In this document: positions 12,560 to 23,324 of the stretch, piece after piece
Layout of the letters: each line of letters begins with the position of its first letter
Numbering within the stretch: position 1 is the stretch's first letter
IMG/VR virus record: IMGVR_UViG_3300033141_004289
Span: 1-64,000 of that record
Length of the DNA stretch: 64,000 nucleotides
From: a virus
Strand: one strand, 5' to 3'
Notes under the pieces: model-generated
Told to the model about the DNA's origin: nothing
What the model saw: only the letters and a program-made list of their open reading frames with translations
The model's database searches: none
Program-made: the position numbers and the translations under genes

Positions 12560-12997
12560 ATGGAAGATAATATTAGTGCAGTTAGAAAAATACATTTTTG
12601 TTACGGGCACAGAGTGATGAATCATGAGTCAAAATGTGCTACTGCACATGGACATAATGGTGTGCTGTGGATATATGCAAGGCCTAAAAAGAATTTAGAT
12701 TCATTAGGTAGGGTAGTTGATTTTTCTGTATTAAAGGAAGAGGTCGGTGGTTGGGTAGATGAATATTGGGACCACAATTTCTTAGTAAACAATAAAGATA
12801 TTGAAGTAGTTAAGGGCTTGGCGGCAATGCCTAGAAGAAAAGAACCGTTTCTTTGCGATTTTAATCCTACAGCAGAAAATATGGCTAATTACTTATTAAA
12901 GAAAATTTGTCCTGATCTTATGCAAGATTATGATATCGAAGTACATAAGATTATAATGTATGAAACTGAGAATTGTTATGTAGAGGTGACATTATGA
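12560..12997 (+). CDS. queD: 6-carboxytetrahydropterin synthase
   Basis: FCYGHR, CATAHGHN, G.VVDF, WDH and PTAEN..ET motifs. Confidence 0.93.
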   Translation: MEDNISAVRKIHFCYGHRVMNHESKCATAHGHNGVLWIYARPKKNLDSLGRVVDFSVLKEEVGGWVDEYWDHNFLVNNKDIEVVKGLAAMPRRKEPFLCDFNPTAENMANYLLKKICPDLMQDYDIEVHKIIMYETENCYVEVTL

Positions 12998-13359
12998 AAT
13001 TAGCTGAAAAAATTTTGAGATTATGTGAGGTCAATGAATTAGAGAAGTTATTAAAAAAGCATAAAGGGGCCAAAAACCCTATTATTATGTTTAAATCCAA
13101 ATTTAAAAGTCCTCAAAATAAAGAATCTCTACTAAAGGCACTACCTAAGGATTTTGTAATACTTAATTCTAAGGCCGGAGAAGAGTTTAAAGAGTTTTAT
13201 GTGGACTACCAAGCTGGAAGATCAGGTGAGGCAGCTATACATTTAGGGGTAGAGGGTGAGACAGATGCATTTGTACATTTGGAAAGCGATTTAATGCCAA
13301 TGGATAAACAGTATTTAAGTGAATACGGAAAGGGATTAGATATATTAAAGAAACTCTAG
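12994..13359 (+). CDS. MKLAEKIL-leader protein (putative internal head protein)
   Basis: ATG 12994 overlaps the queD stop (ATGA); shared leader MKLAEKILRLCE. Confidence 0.6.
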   Translation: MKLAEKILRLCEVNELEKLLKKHKGAKNPIIMFKSKFKSPQNKESLLKALPKDFVILNSKAGEEFKEFYVDYQAGRSGEAAIHLGVEGETDAFVHLESDLMPMDKQYLSEYGKGLDILKKL

Positions 13360-13367
13360 GAGAGAGA

Positions 13368-14183
13368 ATGTGGGCAAAAATTAAAAGATGGTTTAGAAAT
13401 CTAAATAGAGATCATCAAGATGATATTGATAGAACAGTTAATGATGACTTAATTCCTGAAAGGCATCCAACCTCATATAAAGTGTGGATTCCAAATGCTG
13501 AGAATATCCATAAAACAGAAAATATTAAAATGAGAACCAGAGGGGAATATGATAAAGGATTTCCCAAAGGTTTAGTGGTTCACTGGACCAGTGGATGGAT
13601 GCTACCAAAAAAAATATTTCCTGATCCATTTCCTAGATTAAATCAAGGTACTTCTAAGTTAAAAAAGATGGCAAGAAAGTACGCATTACGCACGGCTAAA
13701 GGTGGAACTAAGAATGGGTATAATTTTTTAATCATGGATGTATTGGGTAATATCTATCAATCACGTCCACTAACTAAATGGGGATTTCATGCTGGAAAAT
13801 CTTATTGGTCTTCAGTTGGGCATAGTGTTTCAAATGATTTTGCAGGAATAGAAATATTAAATCCGGGTAAATTAGATAGAATAGACGGAAAATTTTATAC
13901 TTGGTTTAAGCAAGAGATTCCAAAGGAATTAGTTAGAGTTGCTCAAGAGGGTGATGGATATGTGCATAATGGTTTTTACTGTATGTATACTAGAGAACAG
14001 GAAATGGCATTAAAAACCCTTTGTCGACAATTATTAGAGATGAGTCCTCATAATATATTTAAAATAGATAATATTGTAGGTCATGATGAGGTAGCTCCTA
14101 ATAGAAAATCTGATCCCGGAGGATCATTAAGCATGAATATGAAAGAATTTAGGAAGTCGATAAGATTACCAATTAATAGTTAG
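13368..14183 (+). CDS. N-acetylmuramoyl-L-alanine amidase (Amidase_2), probable endolysin
   Basis: VVHWT, FHAG, GIE, GHDEVAP.RKSDPG motifs. Confidence 0.85.
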   Translation: MWAKIKRWFRNLNRDHQDDIDRTVNDDLIPERHPTSYKVWIPNAENIHKTENIKMRTRGEYDKGFPKGLVVHWTSGWMLPKKIFPDPFPRLNQGTSKLKKMARKYALRTAKGGTKNGYNFLIMDVLGNIYQSRPLTKWGFHAGKSYWSSVGHSVSNDFAGIEILNPGKLDRIDGKFYTWFKQEIPKELVRVAQEGDGYVHNGFYCMYTREQEMALKTLCRQLLEMSPHNIFKIDNIVGHDEVAPNRKSDPGGSLSMNMKEFRKSIRLPINS

Positions 14184-14192
14184 GAGTTAGTA

Positions 14193-14804
14193 ATGATTAA
14201 AACAGTAATTCAATGGACAGATGTACATGTTGGAGCACCCCATCAATTAGAACATAATATTCAAAAAATTCTAGAGGATTTTGAAACTCATCAACATGAC
14301 CCAGAAGTTATTGTTATCGGCACAGGTGACATAATTGATAATAAAAATGTTAAAAGATCAAAAATGCCATTCTACGCTAGAATGCGAAATGAACTTAAAA
14401 GAATAATGGGTAAGTTCTATAAATTTGGAAACCACGAATGTGAAGTTGACCCAGATGGGTATATATCAATTGAAGAAGATATTATGTGGATGCATTATCA
14501 TGTAAAAAATTGGTGTAATTCATTTATTAATGCTTGTAAGAAAGTAATTAGATGGGAGAATAAAAAAGAAGGTTTAAAGTGGTGGAAATATCTTGGCTAT
14601 AGATTTAAACATAGAGTTGTTTATCGTGGTAAAGAGTGGCATCCATCTGAACAAGAAATAACTGATTTAGTAGCATTTGCTAAAAAGAACAATTGTAAGT
14701 TCGTATTCCTTGGACATATCCATAAGTTCTATGATCAAATTCATGATGGGATAAGGATATGTAATGGTGGTAGAGGCCGAAAGGTTTATCACTTGGAAAG
14801 GTAG
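14193..14804 (+). CDS. Calcineurin-like metallophosphoesterase
   Basis: DVH, GDIID, GNHE, GHIH motifs. Confidence 0.8.
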   Translation: MIKTVIQWTDVHVGAPHQLEHNIQKILEDFETHQHDPEVIVIGTGDIIDNKNVKRSKMPFYARMRNELKRIMGKFYKFGNHECEVDPDGYISIEEDIMWMHYHVKNWCNSFINACKKVIRWENKKEGLKWWKYLGYRFKHRVVYRGKEWHPSEQEITDLVAFAKKNNCKFVFLGHIHKFYDQIHDGIRICNGGRGRKVYHLER

Positions 14805-14808
14805 GGAT

Positions 14809-15573
14809 ATGGATTTAAATATAATTGGTGATGTTCATGGTAGATATGACGAACTTATTTTACTACTAGATAAAATGCCCACTGCTGTACCTGTTTCTGT
14901 AGGTGATATGATTGATAGGGGTAAAGGGTCATATAAAGTTTTAAATCATTTTCTAACCCATGGTATGGCCGTATTAGGCAACCATGAACACCTGTTCCTA
15001 GACTATTATTATAATAGAAATTATTACGATAGGTGTATGTGGTTTCTAAATGGTGGACTACAAACACTCGGTTCTTTTTTAGAATTATCTGATGAGAAAT
15101 ACGCCTGTCCTCCATTATTAAAATTAGTCTCATTAGTTGATAATTATGCTCATGGTATTTATGTTGATATAGCTGAGTTAAATAAGGCCTCTAATGAGGT
15201 AATAGATTTTGTTAAATCCGTAATTCCAGAATCTTATGCTATCTGGATAAATGAATTACCGCTAACTTTAGAATGGGATGACTTAATTATTACTCATGCT
15301 GCGATTAACCCAGCTATTCTGTTTAGTGAAACTAAAATAGTTGGGCCAAATGCTTCTTCTCCAAGATGTGATTCTTCTATTTTATGGAATCTTGGTTCAA
15401 CTAGAAGAAGAGAGGAATTTCAAGTTCACGGTCATTATGCTTATAGAAAAGCTCAAGAACTTAAAGACAGAAATGGTCTTTATGGAATGAATGTAGATAC
15501 TTCCAGAGGTAAAAAATTAACAGGTATCCATTGGCCGTCAAAGGTTATTTATGAACAAAATTTTTTAGATTAG
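14809..15573 (+). CDS. Ser/Thr protein phosphatase-like metallophosphoesterase
   Basis: GDVHG, GDMIDRG, GNHE, HA, VHGH motifs; start moved to ATG 14809. Confidence 0.85.
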   Translation: MDLNIIGDVHGRYDELILLLDKMPTAVPVSVGDMIDRGKGSYKVLNHFLTHGMAVLGNHEHLFLDYYYNRNYYDRCMWFLNGGLQTLGSFLELSDEKYACPPLLKLVSLVDNYAHGIYVDIAELNKASNEVIDFVKSVIPESYAIWINELPLTLEWDDLIITHAAINPAILFSETKIVGPNASSPRCDSSILWNLGSTRRREEFQVHGHYAYRKAQELKDRNGLYGMNVDTSRGKKLTGIHWPSKVIYEQNFLD

Positions 15574-15581
15574 GGGTAATT

Positions 15582-15977
15582 ATGGAAATAGCACTAATAG
15601 CAATCTTATTACCGATATTTCAATTAAAACATTTTTTAGCAGACTATCCTTTACAAACTGACTATATGTTAGGGAAGTTCAAAACAGGAACTGAGTGGAT
15701 ATTACCTTTAACAGCTCATGCATTGATTCACGCTTTTTTTACGCTAATTATAGTTTGGCTATTTGCAAATAATGATTGGGTAATAGCTATTAAATTAGCA
15801 ATTATGGATTTTGCTATTCATTTTGTTATTGATAAAGGAAAGGTATTAGCAAACAGAGTCTTTGGAAATGATATCCAAAAACCAGTATTCTGGTGGATTC
15901 TAGGTGCAGATCAGGCACTGCATCATTTGACCCATTATTATATTATCTGTAGAATATTTTTATATCATATCAAGTAA
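15582..15977 (+). CDS. DUF3307 family membrane protein
   Basis: KHFLADYPLQ, H..IH, HFVID..K, GADQALH. Confidence 0.8.
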   Translation: MEIALIAILLPIFQLKHFLADYPLQTDYMLGKFKTGTEWILPLTAHALIHAFFTLIIVWLFANNDWVIAIKLAIMDFAIHFVIDKGKVLANRVFGNDIQKPVFWWILGADQALHHLTHYYIICRIFLYHIK

Positions 15978-16371
15978 AGCAAAGGACAAGTCATGAAATT
16001 AAACGAAGTAGGATTTGATGAATCCGTAGTAGCGAATCTTCTACAAAAACCATTATTAAGAGATAATATTAAAAGCATCGAAGCCGATTATGTAAAAATC
16101 TATAAAGAGATATTTAATGTAGATATGGATTTTGAAGTAGATGATCTTGTAAAAATTAAATCTGACCTATTTGCAGCTTTTTGTCACGGTGTTCAATCAG
16201 CAACTAGATTAGATTCTAATTTTAGAATGAACTTCCGTATGCCTAAAGAATTTGATTCTAAGAAACAGATTATTACTCCAAATAGTAATTTAGTTACAAA
16301 CCCAAGTAAAATTATCGTATAATTTTGTTTCTTTGACTTAGTTTGTTATAATAATTCAAGTAGGTGAAAAT

Positions 16372-16929
16372 ATGGAAGATGTAAAAAAAAAGAAGAGAAG
16401 ACGTAAAAAAACAGTTGTAAAACAACCAGAAAAAATTCCAACTATGGAAGAAAGAGAGAAATCTGCAGATGCTATTAAATCAGTTAAACCTCCAATTTAT
16501 AGTAAAACCGGTACACAAAGATTGAATGATATCCCCGACTATACTTTAAATCTGAATCCAAATACTATCTCAAAAACTATTGCAGCATGTCAGCAAATGA
16601 CTATCACAGAACTAAATGTCTCATTAGCTGACCCTAATAATACTGTTATGGAATCAAATATAATTGCACTAACTATTAGGTCAATTAAGGAAAGTGGAAG
16701 TGCATTATCTATTACTAAATATCTCCACGATAGAATGGAAGGTAAAGTAAAAGAGAGAATAGAGTATTCTGGGCCTAATGGTGGACCGATTGAAACAGTC
16801 GAAACTAAAGCACCAAAATTTGATGTGAAGAGTATGGACAAGGCAACAAGAGATAAGTTCAAGAAGGCCTTATTGGAATTACAGAAAATGCCAATGAAGG
16901 AAGATGATGAACCAAGCACAGATTCTTGA
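16372..16929 (+). CDS. Putative terminase small subunit
   Basis: Overlaps TerL; C-terminal IEYSGPNGGPIE motif typical of TerS. Confidence 0.6.
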   Translation: MEDVKKKKRRRKKTVVKQPEKIPTMEEREKSADAIKSVKPPIYSKTGTQRLNDIPDYTLNLNPNTISKTIAACQQMTITELNVSLADPNNTVMESNIIALTIRSIKESGSALSITKYLHDRMEGKVKERIEYSGPNGGPIETVETKAPKFDVKSMDKATRDKFKKALLELQKMPMKEDDEPSTDS

Positions 16930-18499
16930 GGCAGTATTATCTGATGATAAACTGTCTATCCCAGTATATCTTGAAGAGGTTAAAAAACAAGAAGCCCGAG
17001 AATCACTATTAGATTTTATTCTATATACTAAAAAAGATTATGAAGTTAATTGGCACCATCAATTAATCTGTGAAGAATTAGATGGGTTTTTAGCTGACCC
17101 AAATAGAAACAGACTAATGGTTTTCGTTCAACCACGATCAGGTAAATCAGAAATTATTTCTAGAAGACTTCCAGCATACTATTTAGGGAAAAATCCTAAA
17201 GGCCAAGTTATCGCTACTTCTTATGGTGCAGAATTAGCTCAAGCAATGAATAGAGATGTTCAAAGGGTAATTGATGACCCTAAATACACAGAGCTATTTC
17301 CCGAAACACGATTAAATTCTGTAAATGTTAGAACTACAGCTAAAAAGAATTATATTAGAACTACAGATAAATTTGAAATTGTGGAGCATGGAGGTATTTA
17401 TAAATGTGCCGGCATCTGTGGGGCATTAACAGGTTTTGGGGCCACCCTTGCCATTATTGATGACCCAATTAAAGATATGCAAGAGGCAATGAGTCCTAAA
17501 AGAAAAGAAATGGTTCACGAATGGTATCAGGCGGTACTATCAACTCGTCTAGTAGGTGAAGAAAAAGTAATTATTATTCTAACCAGATGGGCAGAAGATG
17601 ATTTAGCTGGAAGACTATTAAAAGAAGCAGAAGTTAATCCTGATGCCGATCAATGGGAAATAATTTCTCTACCCACAGCTTTTACAGCTGATAATCCATA
17701 TATTCATCCAAGTGACCCTAGAATCGAAGAAGGCGAAATTCTTTGGAAATCAAGAATGACACCTGAGAAGGCCAAGAGTGTAAAAGCTTCTGTTGGGTCA
17801 AAGGTTTGGGAATCATTATATCAACAAAATCCAACACCTTCTGGGGGTATAATTTTTCAACCTCATTGGATTCAACATTATAAAGACTTACCAACCTTAG
17901 AATATAAAATAGCTTCATGGGATTTTACATTTAAAGATTCTAGTGCATCTGACTATGTTGCCGGAGGTGTTTGGGGAATAGCAGGGCCGAATAGATATCT
18001 ATTATATCTTATTAGAGAGAGATTAAATTTTGTTGATTCTATTAAAGCAATGTTAAGAGTTAATCACTTATTTCCTGATCTAAGATTTAATGTAATAGAA
18101 GATAAGGCAAATGGACCAGCTATTATCTCAACTCTAAAAGATAAGATACCATCCTTATTAGCTTACTGTCCTAAAGAAGGTAAAGAAGCTCGAGCAAATG
18201 CTGTAGCACCTCAATTTGAAGCAGGGAATATTTGGGTACCCGATATGTACTATGGACCTAATAGAACGGCCCATCCTTGGATGATGCAATATTTAGAGAT
18301 ATTTTTAAATGAGTTTAAAACATTCCCCTTTGGCCCACATGACGATATGGTTGATATGACAACTCAGGCACTGTTGAAATTAGGTAGTACACCTAATTGG
18401 TTAAATCAGTTAGTAAGTGAAGCAATGAATGAAAAGCCGTCACAGCAAGATGCTTATACTAATAAAATAGCTGATCTAATGAATTGGGATTTGGGGTAG
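16904..18499 (+). CDS. terL: Terminase large subunit
   Basis: Walker A QPRSGKS, Walker B IIDDP, TRW, YQQ.P, SWD, EDKANG, HDDMVD nuclease motifs. Confidence 0.95.
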   Translation: MMNQAQILEAVLSDDKLSIPVYLEEVKKQEARESLLDFILYTKKDYEVNWHHQLICEELDGFLADPNRNRLMVFVQPRSGKSEIISRRLPAYYLGKNPKGQVIATSYGAELAQAMNRDVQRVIDDPKYTELFPETRLNSVNVRTTAKKNYIRTTDKFEIVEHGGIYKCAGICGALTGFGATLAIIDDPIKDMQEAMSPKRKEMVHEWYQAVLSTRLVGEEKVIIILTRWAEDDLAGRLLKEAEVNPDADQWEIISLPTAFTADNPYIHPSDPRIEEGEILWKSRMTPEKAKSVKASVGSKVWESLYQQNPTPSGGIIFQPHWIQHYKDLPTLEYKIASWDFTFKDSSASDYVAGGVWGIAGPNRYLLYLIRERLNFVDSIKAMLRVNHLFPDLRFNVIEDKANGPAIISTLKDKIPSLLAYCPKEGKEARANAVAPQFEAGNIWVPDMYYGPNRTAHPWMMQYLEIFLNEFKTFPFGPHDDMVDMTTQALLKLGSTPNWLNQLVSEAMNEKPSQQDAYTNKIADLMNWDLG

Positions 18500-19382
18500 T
18501 TATGGATACAAAAATAGAGACCACTATTGGCATAAAATATTTAGATGGGAGTGCAGCAATAATTAAAATAGCTGTAGATGTAAATGCTCAAGGAATCCCA
18601 GCTTGGTCTGACTTTATTTCTTTTAATGGTAAAATTTTTAAATTTGATTTTAATAGGGTTAGAAAAAGGATGGTCTATGAAGAGGTTGAACCTGACACAC
18701 CTGAAGAGAGGACAGTTGAAGAACAATTAAAGGATGCTAAGGCCATTATAGTTAGGCAACTACAGATAACAGATATTTTTCGTGAAAAAGAGAGAGAATA
18801 TATTAAAATCATTGAAGATTTAAGAAAAAAATTAGATGATGTAAAATAATTCTTGATTTAACACATAACAGTATATAACCTTCGAGTACGATTTACCCAT
18901 TGATTTGGATTTCACTATTGATTTAATCAAAAATCGCATTGAGTTGCACATGTATTTAAAAACGAAATTAAAATTTAGGAGAATAAGATGAAAGAAGTCA
19001 GCGGCTACGTAGTCGATAGGTTACTGCAATTAGGTAATATTATTGAGGATAGAAATACCAAGATGATAGAAAAGTTGGACTGGTTCACAGTAGATATTAA
19101 ATATGCTGAGGCCCAGTTAAAGGGGATGGAGGCGGAAGAATTTTCTTATGGTTGGGATGAGGAAATATTAGGAGAATATGGCGAAGTTGTAGGCCATGTT
19201 GGGGGTCAACTTAGATGGACAGGTGATAAAATTCTATATCACTTTAGTGAAGATGAACCTTCCGATGAGGGTACTTTACTAGGCCAGAGTGCACAAATTA
19301 GATATATGTGTGCACATTATTTTGACGATTTTCTAAAACGTGGAATAGCAGCTCACGAGTTTGAAAGATAGTTTAATTAACC

Positions 19383-19409
19383 AGTGGGGAGAAATCCCCA
19401 CTTTATTTT
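19383..19409 (+). terminator. Rho-independent terminator
   Basis: AGTGGGGA-GAAA-TCCCCACT plus T-rich tail. Confidence 0.8.
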
Positions 19410-20225
19410 ATAAGGAGTAAGTCATGACAAAGAAAAAAATTACTAAAAAACTAAAGCACACATTTGAAATTGAATCAGGATTCAGTAAAGGCGATATTTT
19501 TGCCTATGCTCACCATGAGGGTTTTGTTGATTTTGAGAGGGTAGAAGAGATATCAAAAAATATTAAAGGTGTTTTTACTATTTGGGGTGAAGGTGGAACA
19601 GGCTGGGACAGCAACAATAAGGATTTAGTCAGAGTAGGTCATTTATCAGATAACGATTTTGAAGTTCTATTAAATGAAGCTGAAGGTATGGCCAGTAAGT
19701 TAGATATTATTCTAAATGATGATGAAGATGATGGTGATATGTCAGAGTTTGATGACTGTGATTGTAATGATAACGAAATATGTGAATACTGTGATCCGGA
19801 GGAGAACTAATGACTGACTTACAATATTTTTTAATTACGATAACGACAAAAACAGTTAATAGTGACAGTGAATATCAGAGCTACTTTCATTTATACTATA
19901 GCTGTGTTGATTTCATATTAGATGAGTTTATTACAGAAGCCGATGATATTATTGATAAAGCAATTGGAAGTGGTATTTCAACCAGTGCTGTTATTGTAAA
20001 TAGAGTTACAGTTACGGAAAAAGAATTTCTAGCAAATGGAGGTATGTAATGGATGAAAGATATGTTTGCCCAATATGTAATTCAGACGATTATGAACAAA
20101 CACCAGCATTAGTTATAGAGTGTAAGAGTTGCGGAAATTTCATTGAAGAAAAAGATATGAAACTCATAGAAAACCTTAATGAAATAATGCCTAGTGGTAA
20201 AAAAGGTTCAAAGATTAATAGTTAG

Positions 20226-20254
20226 TTGAAATAAACATATTTAATCTATAAAAT
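20226..20254 (+). promoter_or_regulatory. Sigma70-like promoter
   Basis: TTGAAA-N17-TAAAAT, 6 nt before the ATG at 20261. Confidence 0.55.
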
Positions 20255-20651
20255 TATCATATGGAAAATCTATCTTACACTAGGATTAGGCGTAAGAAAA
20301 AGGATCATGCCAAATTAAGAATATTTGAACGATTTGCTATTATCCTATCCGAACAAGAGTATAAGGATGTTTCTCGCCAAATAGAATCCTATGAAAACCG
20401 ACCTGTTTTCATTAATCCAGAGAACGGTAAAACCTTCAACCACTTTAAATTACAAGGGGCTGATATGGTTTTACTGTACGATTGGGAATATCATTGTGTT
20501 CTAACTGCCTATAGAGTTCGGTGGTTCACAAAGATTGATAAGTATAATTGGATTCAAAAAATCAGATACAAATCTAAGATGATAAGAAGAAGAAATAAAG
20601 AAGTTTGTTAATTGTCTATTAGCCTGTTATTCTATTACTACAGGAGTCATT

Positions 20652-21326
20652 ATGGACATTAAGAAAATAAAAACAGCACCTTATAATCCAAGGATTATGG
20701 GCAAAGATGCTAAAAAGGCATTAAAAAAATCAATTGAAGAGTTCAGTGATATCTCAGGTATAGTAGTAAATAGCCAAACAGGTAATGTCTTGGCCGGTAA
20801 TCATAGATGGAATCAATTAGTAGATAAATATGGAATAAATAAGTTACAATTATTTGATCTACAAGATAATGAGCATTTCTTACTTATGGATAGTAAAGGT
20901 GATTCTACAGGCTTTATTATTCGAGTAGTTGATTGGCCTATTGAAAAAGAAAAAGCAGCAAATATTACAGCTAATTCAAACTTAATTTCAGGTCAATTTA
21001 CATCAGGATTACAAGATGTGTTAGATGATCTAGCAAGTAGTTTGGATAACCCAACCTTTGAAGGATTAAGGTTAGATGAACTACAAATAGATTTAGATGG
21101 ACTAGATGATCTAACCTTTGATGAACCACATGCAGATATTGAAAAAGCCTCTCGAGAGAGTAATGGAGAATTATCTGAATCTGATAATCCAGAAGCAGAT
21201 AGTGTAAAAGAAGTTAGAGGAATTATAAAGGTTTCTGTACCATCCGATTTAAAAGATGAAGTTAGAGAAGATGTATTAGAATTTCTAGCAACTAAAGAAT
21301 ATTATGGATTAATTAATATTGTCTAA
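20652..21326 (+). CDS. ParB/Srx-like N-terminal domain protein (paralog 1)
   Basis: PYNPR..ALKKSIEEF..GNHR..EKAANI..N. Confidence 0.8.
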   Translation: MDIKKIKTAPYNPRIMGKDAKKALKKSIEEFSDISGIVVNSQTGNVLAGNHRWNQLVDKYGINKLQLFDLQDNEHFLLMDSKGDSTGFIIRVVDWPIEKEKAANITANSNLISGQFTSGLQDVLDDLASSLDNPTFEGLRLDELQIDLDGLDDLTFDEPHADIEKASRESNGELSESDNPEADSVKEVRGIIKVSVPSDLKDEVREDVLEFLATKEYYGLINIV

Positions 21327-21334
21327 GGATAAAT

Positions 21335-21802
21335 GTGGATTCTAAATATATGAAGGCCTGCTTATGTGCCTATTTCAGATTTAGTAGAGGTGTTGGTCAA
21401 ATAGCCACTGAGGTTGGAGAATTTAACTCTGACTTCTTAGCTATTAGAAAAGGCAATATGTTCGAAATAGAAATTAAAACTTCTAAAGCAGACTTAAATG
21501 CTGACTTTAAAAAAAGAAAACATACTATCTATGAACAAGATAAATCAGTGTGGACTCCTAATTATTTTTATTTTGCTGTACCAAATAATCTAGTAGAATA
21601 TGCCTTTGCTAAGTGCGTTGATAATAATTATGGTGTTTTAGAGATACTAGAATCCGGCCCTTGGAAGGAAAGAGTAAGGGTTGTTAAAAGAGCTAAGAAG
21701 TTACATAATAGATTTGCACCTGAAAAAGTTAAGTACTATTTAATCAATCGTTTGTCCTCTGAAATGGCAAATTTAAGGATAAATGAGCAACTTAATAAGT
21801 AG
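21335..21802 (+). CDS. MmcB-like PD-(D/E)XK nuclease
   Basis: EV...D...EIEIKTSKADLNADFKK, YFYFAVP. Confidence 0.7.
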   Translation: MDSKYMKACLCAYFRFSRGVGQIATEVGEFNSDFLAIRKGNMFEIEIKTSKADLNADFKKRKHTIYEQDKSVWTPNYFYFAVPNNLVEYAFAKCVDNNYGVLEILESGPWKERVRVVKRAKKLHNRFAPEKVKYYLINRLSSEMANLRINEQLNK

Positions 21803-21825
21803 TTAAAGAAAGAAAGGAATGACCG

Positions 21826-22509
21826 ATGGTAAAAACAAGAAGGCGAAAATCTGCCAAGAAAAAGACTATTAAAAAAAGTGTTACCCCTCAAGATTTAATC
21901 CCTGCAGATTATAATCCAAGATCAATGGACGATGATTCCAAGAAGGCCCTAAAAAAGTCTATGGATGAGTTCAATGATATTTCGGGGATAACTTGGAATA
22001 AGGTTACTGGAAATATTGTAACAGGTCATCACAGGTGGAATCATCTATGCGATATCTACGGCCTTGATAACCTAGTATTTAAGCATCTAACAGGCGATAA
22101 GCACTTAATCCTAGCTCAAGAAGGGGAAGATACAGGTTATATTCTAAGAGTAGTTGAGTGGGATAAGTCTAAAGAAAAAGCAGCGAATATCACTGCCAAT
22201 TCTCCTAAAGTTGAAGGTATCTTTACTGTCGATTTACAAGATGTTTTGGATGATTTGAAATTAGATATTAATAGCGATCTTTTTAGTGAACTTAGATTAG
22301 ATGAATTAACAGATTCTTTAAACTCACCAGATGACGAAGGTTCGTGGGAAACAGATATTGAAGCAGTAGAGAATGTTGACTCTAATTTAGACGGAATTAT
22401 TACTACTATTAAAGTAGAATGTGCTCAAGAAATGAGATCAGATGTTTTTAAGATATTAGATGAAGCTGTTACTGATGCCGGATTATCGGGTAAAGTAATG
22501 GTTAAATAA
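21826..22509 (+). CDS. ParB/Srx-like N-terminal domain protein (paralog 2)
   Basis: DYNPR..ALKKSMDEF..GHHR..EKAANITAN; clearly homologous to 20652. Confidence 0.8.
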   Translation: MVKTRRRKSAKKKTIKKSVTPQDLIPADYNPRSMDDDSKKALKKSMDEFNDISGITWNKVTGNIVTGHHRWNHLCDIYGLDNLVFKHLTGDKHLILAQEGEDTGYILRVVEWDKSKEKAANITANSPKVEGIFTVDLQDVLDDLKLDINSDLFSELRLDELTDSLNSPDDEGSWETDIEAVENVDSNLDGIITTIKVECAQEMRSDVFKILDEAVTDAGLSGKVMVK

Positions 22510-23324
22510 TGGATTATAAACTAAATATCCTAATTGCTTATCCTTATATAAATGAATCTATTCTAAAAAAATTAGTTAAATATAGAAAAAGATTAAATTT
22601 TGTATTGGATTCAGGGGCCTTTACTGCTTGGAAATCCGGTAACCCAATTAAGTTAGATGATTATTGTAAATTTATTGAGTCATTACCCTTTGAGCCATGG
22701 CGGTATTTTACACTAGATAAAATTGGTGACCCCGAAGGTTCCTTTAAGAACTATGAGATAATGTTACAGAGAGGATTTAAACCTATTCCAATTTTTACTC
22801 GAGGTGAAAGTATTTCTATGATCGATGAGTATTATAAAACATCTGATGTTTTAGGACTCGGTGGGTTAGTAGGAACCAAAGGTAATAAAGGTTTTGTAAA
22901 AGGCGTAATGGATGTAGTAGGCAAACGTAAAGTTCACTGGTTAGGATTTACTAACAAAGATTTCGTTTCATATTACAAACCTTATATGTGTGATTGCTCA
23001 TCATGGTCCTATGTATCTCGATATGGAAATATGTTTATTTATGACTTTAAAGGTGGGTTTCATTCTATCTATAGAAAAGACTTCAATAAAAGACCACCAA
23101 AACATATTACTAATGCAATTATAAAAATAGGTTTTGACCCTAATGAGTTTGCATTAGAAGAATCTTGGAGGGGAGAATTTAATAAATCTATGACGCTGAC
23201 AGCTAAGAGTTATCTTCTAAAATCTATGGATGCACATAATATTTTTAAAACTAATATGTTTCTAGCATGCGGAGCTCATAATGATATTGAAATATTCATT
23301 AAGCTCTTAGACGAGATGAAATGA
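22509..23324 (+). CDS. TGT-fold DpdA-like deazaguanine transglycosylase (paralog 1)
   Basis: LDSGAFT, LDKIGD, GLGGLV, VHWLG, CDCSSW; Que gene context. Confidence 0.75.
   Translation: MDYKLNILIAYPYINESILKKLVKYRKRLNFVLDSGAFTAWKSGNPIKLDDYCKFIESLPFEPWRYFTLDKIGDPEGSFKNYEIMLQRGFKPIPIFTRGESISMIDEYYKTSDVLGLGGLVGTKGNKGFVKGVMDVVGKRKVHWLGFTNKDFVSYYKPYMCDCSSWSYVSRYGNMFIYDFKGGFHSIYRKDFNKRPPKHITNAIIKIGFDPNEFALEESWRGEFNKSMTLTAKSYLLKSMDAHNIFKTNMFLACGAHNDIEIFIKLLDEMK

Noticed and set aside
15993-16030. MKLNEVGFDE (and MSKSEKLL near 27226) as members of the leader family
   Set aside because: Only partial matches to the hydrophobic periodicity; left out of the count
18850-18960. Possible structured leader (CGATTT/AAATCG, TTGATT/AATCAA)
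   Set aside because: Short AT-rich pairings expected by chance; more simply a promoter region
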